Positions 50,300 to 59,280 of a stretch of 64,000 bases of DNA are shown in pieces (positions within the stretch are counted from its first letter, which is position 1; every line of letters begins with the position of its first letter). Position numbers and translations under genes: made by a program. Under the pieces are notes generated by a model, which searched no databases, was not told the DNA's origin, and saw only the letters and a program-made list of their open reading frames with translations. Source of the DNA: Candidatus Delongbacteria bacterium (lineage in GTDB: Bacteria; UBA4055); contig JAFGUZ010000204.1 in NCBI GenBank assembly GCA_016938275.1, forward strand, positions 9,820 to 73,819, written 5' to 3'.

Positions 50300-50683
50300 A
50301 TGCTTAGCGGTTACGAACTCGCACGAAAAATTGTTGATTTGATGCTTGAAAAAAAAGCAATGGATGTAAAAATTATTGACCTAAAAGGTCAGAATACTAG
50401 TTTCGATTTTTTTGTTTTGGCTACAGGAACAGTAGACCAGCACATTAGAACTATCTCTGAGTATGTAAGAAGAGAGCTTTCACAAGAAGGCGTAAAACCT
50501 GTAACTTTAGAAGGAACTTCAAATCTTACATGGGTACTTCAAGATTACTCAGATGTAATTGTACACATTTTTAACACTGAAACAAGAGCACATTACAGGC
50601 TTGAAACATTGTTTGATGATTGTGAAATAGAAGAATATACTGAAGAATCTTTGGTTGTAGAGCAGGAAGATTCTGAGGATTAG
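50300..50683 (+). CDS. rsfS: Ribosome silencing factor RsfS (iojap family)
   Basis: Motifs KKAMDVKIIDLKG..TSFDFFVLATG and VHIFNTETRAHYRLE. The ATG at 50300 follows GGAG. Confidence 0.8.
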   Translation: MLSGYELARKIVDLMLEKKAMDVKIIDLKGQNTSFDFFVLATGTVDQHIRTISEYVRRELSQEGVKPVTLEGTSNLTWVLQDYSDVIVHIFNTETRAHYRLETLFDDCEIEEYTEESLVVEQEDSED

Positions 50684-50690
50684 TTCATAA

Positions 50691-51416
50691 ATGGAAGCAC
50701 TTGCATTTGATCTGGGAAATACAAATTGCTCGGTTTATTATCTGAATAGTGATGTAATCTATCTTGTTGAAAAAACAGATGTTGAAAATCTTAATAATGA
50801 TTTTTTTGAGAGGCTTTGTGAAATATACAAAGCCTCTTGTTTTATTCTATCTTCTGTAAATCCAAAGCTAAACGATTTATTCACTAATTTTTTTCAGGAA
50901 AAGTTACATATCGTCAATTTTGAAGATGCTTTCTTTCTGTCAAATTATAAAACAATGAAAACATTAGGTTCTGATCGAATTTGCAATTGTCTAGGAGCGA
51001 TAAAGCTTTATAAAAAAAATGTAATTGTTTTTGATTTTGGTACATGCCTTACGGCAGAGGTGATAAACCCTGAAGGTATTTTTGTTGGTGGATTTATTTT
51101 CCCTGGTCCAAATTTATTGTTTAGCTCAATGAATAGAGGAACTGGTTTGCTACCAATGATCAATTTTGAAAGACCAGAAAACTTTTCAGGCCTATCTACC
51201 GAAGAGTCTCTTAAATTTGGTGTATACCATGGGCTTACTGGACTATGTAAAGAACTTGTAGCTTCAGTTCAAAAAGAGTATAATTCAAAATTTAGAATTA
51301 TTGCCACTGGTGGATACCCTGAATTTTTTAAAAATGAATTTTCAGATAATTGGGAGATTATTAAAGATTTGTCTGCTATCGGAATGAAAGAAATAGTAAA
51401 AAAAAGATATGAATAA
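50691..51416 (+). CDS. coaX: Type III pantothenate kinase
   Basis: Motifs AFDLGNTN, GSDRI and a C-terminal ATGG. Confidence 0.8.
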   Translation: MEALAFDLGNTNCSVYYLNSDVIYLVEKTDVENLNNDFFERLCEIYKASCFILSSVNPKLNDLFTNFFQEKLHIVNFEDAFFLSNYKTMKTLGSDRICNCLGAIKLYKKNVIVFDFGTCLTAEVINPEGIFVGGFIFPGPNLLFSSMNRGTGLLPMINFERPENFSGLSTEESLKFGVYHGLTGLCKELVASVQKEYNSKFRIIATGGYPEFFKNEFSDNWEIIKDLSAIGMKEIVKKRYE

Positions 51417-52737
51417 AATAGTTCTCTACATACTAATTTTAGCATCATTTATTTTTCTGACTGGACAACAAATCAAGTTTGATTCTATTGGACAGTACAA
51501 GCAATTTCCAGATGGAAGAATAAAAATTAATGAAGTTAAAAAATTCCAATACGGTATTTTTGGAATAAACTGTGATGAGGGAATCATAGGAAGTGATAAA
51601 AAATCTGTTGAGCTAAAAGGTAATGTAGTTTTGTGGGATACTTTGAGATATATTACCTGCGACAAGGCTAATATTACAGAATATTCTGATATGCATAGGG
51701 CTTTTTTTAATGACAATGTTTTTGTAAGTCAGGATAGCGTAAGAATATGGGCAAATTCAGGTAGATTTGACGAATTGACTCATTTCACAGCCTTTAATGA
51801 TTCTATCGAAGTTCGATACGATATTTATCCTTCAGCTATGTATTGTCAAAGTATGACATATAATGATGATAGCGGAAAATTACAGTCTAGTAGGACTGAA
51901 AATATTGTTTATATCGATTCTGTTTATAAGGTGACTCTGACCAGCAATGAGGTTGAATACAATACTAAAACGAATATTTTATCAATTAACAAAAAACATG
52001 ACTATTTTGTGGAGCGGATTGAAAAAGGTAGATTCGAACCTAATATTATAAAAAAATTGAACTATAAACAATTCCTTCAATTTCCTACAGATTCACTTGA
52101 TAGAGTTAGAATAAGCACTATAAAATCAAAAGCTTTTTTCAATACGGGAGTTTACGAGTTTATTAGTAGGGTTATGGTAGTTCATACAGATTCATTGGAC
52201 AAAATAACAGTTTTAAAATGTGATACTATGCATATAGATCAAAATATTGAAAGAGTAAACTTCAATGGCAATTTCTCACTTAGCAACGATTCTGTAAGTA
52301 TTGTTGGTGGTAAGGCTGTTCTTAATTGGAAGAAAAACCAGTTGATTGTATACAATCAACCAAAGCTTTCTTTTAATGATAATGAAGCTATTGGTGACTC
52401 ATGTCATATTTTCTATGATAAAGCAGGTTTGGATGAGATCAATATTTATGGAAGTGGTAAGCTATTAAATCCTGTTAGGCAGGGTTTAAATCTGATGAAT
52501 ACAATAGATGGTAGATATATCTCTATGGATTTTGAGGATAATGATCCAAAATCTTTAAAAGTGATAAGACAAGCACAATGTACGTACTACTCTGAATCGG
52601 ATTCTCTGGGTAATTATGCTAAAAATATCGCATCTGGAGATACTTTATTTCTAGAGTTTGATAAAAAAAAGCTTTCAAAAATTACTGTTATTGGTGGAGT
52701 AAAGGGTAGATATCTTCCGGGAGTAAAAAATGAATGA
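51409..52737 (+). CDS. OstA/LptA-like domain protein (possible LptC/LptA-type LPS transport component)
   Basis: N-terminal anchor followed by beta-rich sequence. VELKGNVVLWDTLRYITCDKANI resembles OstA_N repeats. It overlaps lptB downstream, which is the usual lptC/A-lptB order. Confidence 0.45.
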   Translation: MNKIVLYILILASFIFLTGQQIKFDSIGQYKQFPDGRIKINEVKKFQYGIFGINCDEGIIGSDKKSVELKGNVVLWDTLRYITCDKANITEYSDMHRAFFNDNVFVSQDSVRIWANSGRFDELTHFTAFNDSIEVRYDIYPSAMYCQSMTYNDDSGKLQSSRTENIVYIDSVYKVTLTSNEVEYNTKTNILSINKKHDYFVERIEKGRFEPNIIKKLNYKQFLQFPTDSLDRVRISTIKSKAFFNTGVYEFISRVMVVHTDSLDKITVLKCDTMHIDQNIERVNFNGNFSLSNDSVSIVGGKAVLNWKKNQLIVYNQPKLSFNDNEAIGDSCHIFYDKAGLDEINIYGSGKLLNPVRQGLNLMNTIDGRYISMDFEDNDPKSLKVIRQAQCTYYSESDSLGNYAKNIASGDTLFLEFDKKKLSKITVIGGVKGRYLPGVKNE

Positions 52738-53467
52738 TAATTCCAGTTTGATGGCGAGAGATTTAAAAAAAACATATGGTAAAAGACAGGTTGTAAAAGG
52801 AGTCGATCTTGAATTACGCAAGGGAGAAATTGTTGGTCTTTTAGGTCCCAATGGTGCTGGAAAAACTACTTCTTTTTATATGCTTGCAGGAATTATCAAA
52901 CCTAGTGGTGGTTCTGTTTATCTAAAGGGTAAAGATGTTTCTAAATCTCCTATGTATATAAGGGCAAGGATGGGGCTTGGATATTTACCTCAGGAGGCTT
53001 CTGTTTTTAGAAAATTGACAGTTGAAGAGAATATTTTGGCAATTCTTGAAACGGTAGAAAAAGACAAAAAAATCAGGATGGAAAAACTAGAACACTTTCT
53101 GGATGAATTGAGTATTAAGCATATCAGAAAAAGTAAAGGGTACGCTCTGAGTGGAGGTGAAAGACGTAGGGTAGAGATTACAAGAGCTCTTGTTACAAAT
53201 CCTGACTTTATTCTACTTGACGAACCTTTTGCTGGTGTTGATCCTGTTACTATAGAATCCATTCAAAAAATAATTTATGATCTAAAGTATAAAAATATTG
53301 GGATTTTGATTACAGATCACAATGTTCATGAAACACTGAAAATCACCGATAGGTCTTACCTTCTTTTTGATGGTAAAATCATGATTGAAGGAGATAGGAT
53401 TACTCTATCAAATGATCCAGAAGCCAGAAAATTGTATCTTGGTGAAAATTTTAAACTGGATCGTTAG
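52730..53467 (+). CDS. lptB: LPS export ABC transporter ATP-binding protein LptB
   Basis: Motifs GPNGAGKTT, LSGGERRRVEI and ILLDEPFAGVDP. The LptB-typical C-terminus is ARKLYLGENFKL. Confidence 0.88.
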   Translation: MNDNSSLMARDLKKTYGKRQVVKGVDLELRKGEIVGLLGPNGAGKTTSFYMLAGIIKPSGGSVYLKGKDVSKSPMYIRARMGLGYLPQEASVFRKLTVEENILAILETVEKDKKIRMEKLEHFLDELSIKHIRKSKGYALSGGERRRVEITRALVTNPDFILLDEPFAGVDPVTIESIQKIIYDLKYKNIGILITDHNVHETLKITDRSYLLFDGKIMIEGDRITLSNDPEARKLYLGENFKLDR

Positions 53468-53630
53468 CAAGTAGTGCATCACTTTATGCTTCTCAGTAAA
53501 AATTTGGCTTTTGTTATATGACAACTATTTTTTAAAATGAACCTGTATGTTTAAGAGATGATTTTTTTATCTCTAAATGTAACTTTTAATTCACACCCAA
53601 GAAAATAAGAATCTCAATAGCTTACTTATA

Positions 53631-53772
53631 CAGGCTGAGCTTGAGCACCGTGTGCTGGGTGAAGCCGGTTCAATATGGAATGAAGACGAACCAAGAAAAG
53701 ATATTTCAGATGTCAGCCACCATCAAAGTGACAGACATCGATTCTTAAAGAATCCAGCAACTTCATCGCTGG
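53631..53772 (+). ncRNA. Candidate structured RNA (class and strand unknown); GC-rich island in an AT-rich intergenic region
   Basis: About 140 nt that is visibly GC-richer than its flanks. Five local hairpins: 53644-48/53652-56, 53667-71/53688-92, 53709-14/53734-39, 53740-44/53750-54 and 53754-58/53768-72. The only ORF here (53652..53876, GTG start) has no RBS and no recognisable family. Confidence 0.3.
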
Positions 53773-54037
53773 AAATTAAAAGTAAAATGCTAGTTTTAAA
53801 AATTTACATACTTCATCAAAAACTTATACTGAGAGATGAATGGATTGTGTTTCTAAAAATTGAATCGATTAGATAAAACTTTACACTAATTAAAGGTTTA
53901 TAGTTTTAACTATAAGTGAGAAAGGAGAAAAAAAATTGCATAATGTATAAAATTAACTTAAAATATCCTTATGTAGCACAGACAAATAGATCCTACGCTA
54001 TGATTTTTCACAATTACAGATATAGAGAAGAGAGAAC

Positions 54038-57000
54038 ATGAAAAAGAAATTCACTCCAGATTTTATTATAGATAAACATCTTCAAAAAGAAACTAGCGGA
54101 ACTTTTGAATCGTTTGTCCTTTTTATTGATATTGCAGGTTTTACGGCTATGACTGAAAAACTTATGCAACAAGGCAAATATGGAGTTGAAGAACTTTCTG
54201 ATATATTAGAATTTCTATTTACTACTTCCGTAAAAGCTGTCTATGATAATGGTGGGTTTATAATAAATTTTGCTGGTGATGCCTTTACAGCTCTTTTCAT
54301 CCCAGAAAAAGATAGTGAGAATGAGATTGTGGGAAATCTCTTGAAAAGTGTACAAACTATTTCCAGATTTTTCAAAAAAAATGAAAAATACAGATCGAAT
54401 TCTGGAGAATTCAACTTTTCTGTAAAGATAGGTCTTGGTTTTGGTAAGGTAAGTTATGGTATCGATGGACAAGATGATTATAAACTTTACTATTTTAAGG
54501 GTGATGCGATAGATAAAGCAGCAGAAGCTGAACATCAAGCTGTCAAAGGAGAAGTTTGGTTTTCTAAAGATTGTTTACCTCATTTTAAAAAATATTTAAG
54601 TAAAACAGAAGAGCGAGATTCTTTTTATAAAATTTTATCCTTTAAACGGTATAAAACAGAAAAGAGAAAAACTAAGAAGCTATCGTATAGCAAAAAAATA
54701 AATGAAATTTTTTCTGGAAAGAATGAGTTGAAATTTGCAAAAGGGGAGTTTCGAAATATAGTTTCAGTTTTTATATCTTTTGATGGAGATTATGATTTCT
54801 CCAAGTTAATTCAAGAACTCATAAAATTAGTCAAGCTCTACGGAGGGTCAAAACCTAAAATTGATTTTGGTGATAAAGGTGCAACAGTTATTGTTTTCTT
54901 TGGAACTCCAATTGCCTACGAAAATTATCAGGAAAGAGCTTTAAGATTTATCTTGGATTTCAATTCTGGAATGGATGGTAAAATACAATTTAGAGCAGGT
55001 TTAGCTGAAGGTCTAGTTTATACAGGTTTGAATGGATCTGCAAGACGAAATGAATTTACATGTTTAGGAAATACTGTTAATCAAAGTGCTCGTTTTATGA
55101 TGAAAGCTAAGTGGGGAGAAATTTTAACTGATCAAAAGCTAGCAAAACAAGCAGGTTTTAAGTTTTCGTATGAAGGTAATTTGAATTATAAAGGTAGGGA
55201 AGAAGTGATTCCCACATATAAATTAGAAGAAAGAACCACGAGCAATATAAGAGAATATAATGAGAGGTTAATTGGAAGAAAAAGTGAGCTAGAAATTTTA
55301 AGCCAAATAGCAAATCTAACATTAACTAGAGAAAATCTACAAGAGATAGTTTATATTGATGGTCCTGCTGGAATTGGTAAAAGTATGCTTCTAAATAAAT
55401 TTGCCAGCAGTAGAAAATCTGAGTTTCAACACCTGTATTTGAGTTGTGAAGAGATTTTGAAGAAAAGTTTCAACCCTTTCAGCTATCTTTTATTTAACTT
55501 TTTTGACCAAAACGATAAATTATCTAAAACTACAAATAAAGGGAAGTTTGAAACAATTTTTACAAAACTTAAGACAGACGTAATTGATGAAGAGATTGTT
55601 TCTGAACTTAATCGAACAAAGTCAGTTTTAGCAGCATTGATAGATATTGATTATGAAGACTCATTGTATCAAAATCTTGATCCTAAAGGACGTTTTGAAA
55701 ACACTAAACTTTCACTTATAAATTTTTTTAAATCACAAGCTAAGATGAAACCTATAATTATAGAAATTGATGATCTTCACTCCATTGATAGCGATAGTAA
55801 AATTGTACTTGAAGAGTTGATTTCAGGACTTAAAGAGCTTCCTGTGATTGTTTTAGCTTCATGCCGTTTTCTTAATGATGGATCAAACTATAAGCTCAAT
55901 TTGCCTGAAGATATTAAAGAAACACGTATAAACTTAGAGCATTTGAGTAAGGAAGATTCCAAAGAGTTAATTTTAGATCGTTTAAAATTAAACAAGCTAG
56001 ATTCGCATACTGTAGATATTATAACAGAAAAAAGCCAAGGTAATCCTTTTTACTTAGATCAAATAATTCTTTATCTAAAAGAGCTGAATGTGTTCAATGA
56101 AGAAGGTAAGTTAACTACTGAAAATTTTGAGTTTCCTAGTAATATCAATACGATTATTATTTCTCGTATTGATAAATTGGCTACTAATTTACAGGAAATT
56201 ATTAAAACTGCATCAGTCTTAGGTAAGGAGTTTGCCACTAATCTTCTCTCCATCGTTTTACAAAAGGCTGGAAATCAGCTTTTGGGGTTTGACAATAATA
56301 TGAAAGAGGGTGAGCATCAACAGATTTGGCATTCGCTGACTGAACTTTCATATATTTTTAAGCATACCTTTATTAGAGAAGTTGTTTATGGTATGCAACT
56401 TAAGAAGAGATTGCAAAAACTGCATAAATTTGTAGCTGGAAGCTTGGAAGAGGTTTACGCTAAAAATATCGACTCCAAACTTGCTGATATTGCTTATCAC
56501 TTTTATGAAGCAGAGGAAGGTGACAAAGCCCTAGAGTATTATTTTAGGGCGGGGAAATATTGTCGAAATAACTATCAAAATCAAAAGGCTTTGGATTATT
56601 TCAATAGGTGGTTAGAAATAGCGGAGAAAAAGCTGGGCGTAAAAGATAGAGATAAAGATTTTGAAAAGCTAGAAATTACAGATGAGAATAGAAGTTTAGT
56701 TGAAAAGTACATTGAAGTTTGTGAACTTGATATTGATTTTTTAAACAGAATCTCTAATTCGCTAGTAAATAACTCAAGCAGAATTGAGCTTTCCATTAAA
56801 ATAGCAGAAAAATTAGGAAGTGATTTCTACAAAGGAATTTGCAATTTAAATCGAGGTAATAATTTCTTAGATGAAAATAATTATAATGATGCTGAATCAC
56901 ATTTGAACAAAGCTAAAGACTTTTTTAACTTAAAAGATGACAATAAAAAATTATCCATAATATACTATACCTTTGGAGTTTTAAACTGGAAAAAAGGTGA

Positions 57001-57733
57001 CCTAAAAAGCTCTATTAAATATTTTAAATTTTCTCTGGAGTCTTCAACTAGAATTCAAAATAGTATTTCCAGAAAGAAAGCAGAGGCTAGAGCATATGCA
57101 AATTTAGCAAATGTTTATGATTTTGCAGGTAAACAAAAGGAAGTTTTAGATTTCTATAATAGAGCACTACAAATACAATTAGAAATAGGAAATAAAAGAG
57201 AGATTCAATATATCTATGGAAACTTGGGTGTTTTTTGTTTTCTTCAAGGAGATTATGAGAAAGCAATTGAATTGTACAATAAAAAAATGATTTTCTGTAA
57301 AGAAATTGGAGATATAAAAGAAGAAGCAATTGCTTTAAGTAATCTTGGTTATACTTATTTTAAGCTTAAAGATTATAAAAAAGCTGATAGTTTATATTTC
57401 AAAAGCCTTAATATATTTAAAAGAATAAATGCAAGTGAGAATATAATTAACACTTATTCAAACTTGGGACAAAGCCTTAGAAAACAAAAACTTTATAGCG
57501 ACTCCCGAAGCTATTTTGAAAAAGCTTTAGAATTACTAAAGAAGTTTTCATTTCCTTTTTTAGAAGCAGAAGTTAAAATTGAGACTGCTCATAATTATTT
57601 ACAAAAAGGAGAGTATCAAGAAGCATTGATACTATGTAATGAAGGCTTAGAGATAGCAAAAAAAATTGGACATGCTGAATATTTGGAAAATGGAAAAATT
57701 TTAAAAGAAAAAATTGAAAAACATTTGAGATAA
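54038..57733 (+). CDS. Tandem class III nucleotidyl cyclase domains, STAND/AAA P-loop NTPase and TPR array
   Basis: CHD1 has FVLFIDIAGFTAMTEKL and FAGDAFTALF. CHD2 has FGDKGATVIVFFG and LGNTVNQSARFMMKA. P-loop IDGPAGIGKSML and Walker B IIIEIDDLHSID. The C-terminal ~450 aa are TPR-like repeats. Confidence 0.8.
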   Translation: MKKKFTPDFIIDKHLQKETSGTFESFVLFIDIAGFTAMTEKLMQQGKYGVEELSDILEFLFTTSVKAVYDNGGFIINFAGDAFTALFIPEKDSENEIVGNLLKSVQTISRFFKKNEKYRSNSGEFNFSVKIGLGFGKVSYGIDGQDDYKLYYFKGDAIDKAAEAEHQAVKGEVWFSKDCLPHFKKYLSKTEERDSFYKILSFKRYKTEKRKTKKLSYSKKINEIFSGKNELKFAKGEFRNIVSVFISFDGDYDFSKLIQELIKLVKLYGGSKPKIDFGDKGATVIVFFGTPIAYENYQERALRFILDFNSGMDGKIQFRAGLAEGLVYTGLNGSARRNEFTCLGNTVNQSARFMMKAKWGEILTDQKLAKQAGFKFSYEGNLNYKGREEVIPTYKLEERTTSNIREYNERLIGRKSELEILSQIANLTLTRENLQEIVYIDGPAGIGKSMLLNKFASSRKSEFQHLYLSCEEILKKSFNPFSYLLFNFFDQNDKLSKTTNKGKFETIFTKLKTDVIDEEIVSELNRTKSVLAALIDIDYEDSLYQNLDPKGRFENTKLSLINFFKSQAKMKPIIIEIDDLHSIDSDSKIVLEELISGLKELPVIVLASCRFLNDGSNYKLNLPEDIKETRINLEHLSKEDSKELILDRLKLNKLDSHTVDIITEKSQGNPFYLDQIILYLKELNVFNEEGKLTTENFEFPSNINTIIISRIDKLATNLQEIIKTASVLGKEFATNLLSIVLQKAGNQLLGFDNNMKEGEHQQIWHSLTELSYIFKHTFIREVVYGMQLKKRLQKLHKFVAGSLEEVYAKNIDSKLADIAYHFYEAEEGDKALEYYFRAGKYCRNNYQNQKALDYFNRWLEIAEKKLGVKDRDKDFEKLEITDENRSLVEKYIEVCELDIDFLNRISNSLVNNSSRIELSIKIAEKLGSDFYKGICNLNRGNNFLDENNYNDAESHLNKAKDFFNLKDDNKKLSIIYYTFGVLNWKKGDLKSSIKYFKFSLESSTRIQNSISRKKAEARAYANLANVYDFAGKQKEVLDFYNRALQIQLEIGNKREIQYIYGNLGVFCFLQGDYEKAIELYNKKMIFCKEIGDIKEEAIALSNLGYTYFKLKDYKKADSLYFKSLNIFKRINASENIINTYSNLGQSLRKQKLYSDSRSYFEKALELLKKFSFPFLEAEVKIETAHNYLQKGEYQEALILCNEGLEIAKKIGHAEYLENGKILKEKIEKHLR

Positions 57734-57743
57734 TGGAGTAAAT

Positions 57744-59276
57744 ATGAGAAAAAGTATATTATTCATAGTGTTACTAATATTAGTAACAGGTCTAAAATCA
57801 GAGGAAAATCTTTTTGAAATTAGAAACAGTGATGATAAAAAAGTACTTGAGATTGCAAATGATGGTTTAAGAGTTTTTAATCCAGAAACTGATCTAACTG
57901 GTGTACAGCTTGATACACTAATAAATATTTCCAATAAAGGCATAAACGTTTTTATAGATAAGAGCGATCAAAAAGGTGTTACAAGATCTTTTTCTGTCGT
58001 TTCAGCTGATGATTTAGATAAAGGGTCAAAAAGTAGTGACAGAAATGTGTTTGAAATTTCTGCTCAGACAAGTCTCAATTCAAACGAAGTCATCGACAGA
58101 CCAATGATGCTCTGGTATCCTCACCAAGATAGAAACGCTTTCAGAGTTGGTCATGTTTTTATAGAATCTCCAGAAGAAGTAGGTGTCAACTCCTTTGCTT
58201 CCGGTTATAAATCGAACGCCAGAGGTAATTATTCTCAAGCCATGGGGTATTTGTGTAGTGCAAATGGTAATAACTCCACAGCAATTGGTGATGGTTCTGA
58301 AGCAAACGGCTTTTCCTCTTTTGCCTTTGGATTTTCTAATTTTGCAAATGGAACTTCATCTACAGCTTTAGGTAATGGTAGTTCTGCAAATGGTGTTAGC
58401 AGTATAACTTTGGGAAGAGGACTAAAAGCCAGAACATATAATGAAATAGTTGTTGGTGCTTTTAATGCTCCTTACAGTGATGGAGATTCCACAAGTTGGG
58501 TTCAAACCGATCCTTTATTTACTGTCGGGAATGGTTTTACATCATGGCCATCCCATGTTAGAAAAAATGCTATGGTGATTTACAAGAATGGAAATACAGA
58601 ATTTTCTGATAATGTGGGTATCGGTGGGCAAAATGATGTAGAAGAGAATCATAGATTAATAGTTAGATCAAGTACCAATACTTCCGGAAATCCAACACCA
58701 TATTCAACAGCACTCATTGAAAATACTTATACTGGATCAAATAAATCGATGGCATTACATGTAGTTGGAAGCGGAACTGATGTACCTATGTTAGTCTCAC
58801 AAAAAGGTACAGGAGATGTTTTTCGTTGTGATTCATATTTGGGAACTAATACCTGGACACCTGTTTTCAAAGTTACTAATGCTGGAAAAATATACACCAG
58901 ATATGCTGGTTTGGGAACGGGTACTGGATATGACCTACACTTAACCGATTCTGGTGAAATAATAAAAGTTTCTTCTTCTAAACGTTACAAGAAGGATATA
59001 AATGGTCTTGAAGTAGACTACAATAAATTTATGTCTTTAAGACCTGTAAATTTTACTTGGAATGAAACTTCAGCCACTCCAGAGAAAAAAGATTTGGGTC
59101 TTATTGCTGAAGAAGTAGAAAAGGTAGATAAATCTTTAGCAACTTACAATGAAGATGGTTCTATAGAAGGGGTTGATTATCAAAAAGTAAACATCATGCT
59201 TTTGAAGGTAGTTCAAGATCAGCAAAAGATGATTGATGAGCTAAACGAAAGGCTGAAAAAACTGGAAGGTAAATAG
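57744..59276 (+). CDS. Secreted fibre protein: YadA/tail-fibre-like head repeats plus a C-terminal S74 intramolecular-chaperone domain
   Basis: Signal peptide. Repeats NSTAIGDGSEANGFSSFAFGFSNFANGTSSTALGNGSSANGVSSITLG. The C-terminus SSSKRYKKDINGLE...LRPVNFTWNE...DLGLIAEEVEKVD...GVDYQKVNIMLLKVVQDQQKMIDELNERLKKLE matches the endosialidase/tail-fibre chaperone domain. Confidence 0.7.
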   Translation: MRKSILFIVLLILVTGLKSEENLFEIRNSDDKKVLEIANDGLRVFNPETDLTGVQLDTLINISNKGINVFIDKSDQKGVTRSFSVVSADDLDKGSKSSDRNVFEISAQTSLNSNEVIDRPMMLWYPHQDRNAFRVGHVFIESPEEVGVNSFASGYKSNARGNYSQAMGYLCSANGNNSTAIGDGSEANGFSSFAFGFSNFANGTSSTALGNGSSANGVSSITLGRGLKARTYNEIVVGAFNAPYSDGDSTSWVQTDPLFTVGNGFTSWPSHVRKNAMVIYKNGNTEFSDNVGIGGQNDVEENHRLIVRSSTNTSGNPTPYSTALIENTYTGSNKSMALHVVGSGTDVPMLVSQKGTGDVFRCDSYLGTNTWTPVFKVTNAGKIYTRYAGLGTGTGYDLHLTDSGEIIKVSSSKRYKKDINGLEVDYNKFMSLRPVNFTWNETSATPEKKDLGLIAEEVEKVDKSLATYNEDGSIEGVDYQKVNIMLLKVVQDQQKMIDELNERLKKLEGK

Positions 59277-59280
59277 AATT

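Noticed and set aside
53554-53574. Hairpin agagat-gattttttt-atctct after lptB, considered as a terminator.
   Set aside because: The stem is AT-rich and only 6 bp, the T-run is in the loop rather than after the stem, and it is followed by AAATG.
53652-53876. Listed 74-aa ORF in the lptB-cyclase gap.
   Set aside because: It has a GTG start without an RBS and no recognisable family. Its first half coincides with the GC-rich hairpin region, which is better explained as RNA or a relic.
54215-58371. Antisense or internal ORFs within the cyclase/STAND and fibre genes: 54215..54538, 56071..56253, 56596..56796, 57087..57329, 57701..57943 and 58183..58371.
   Set aside because: They are shadow ORFs with low-complexity composition.
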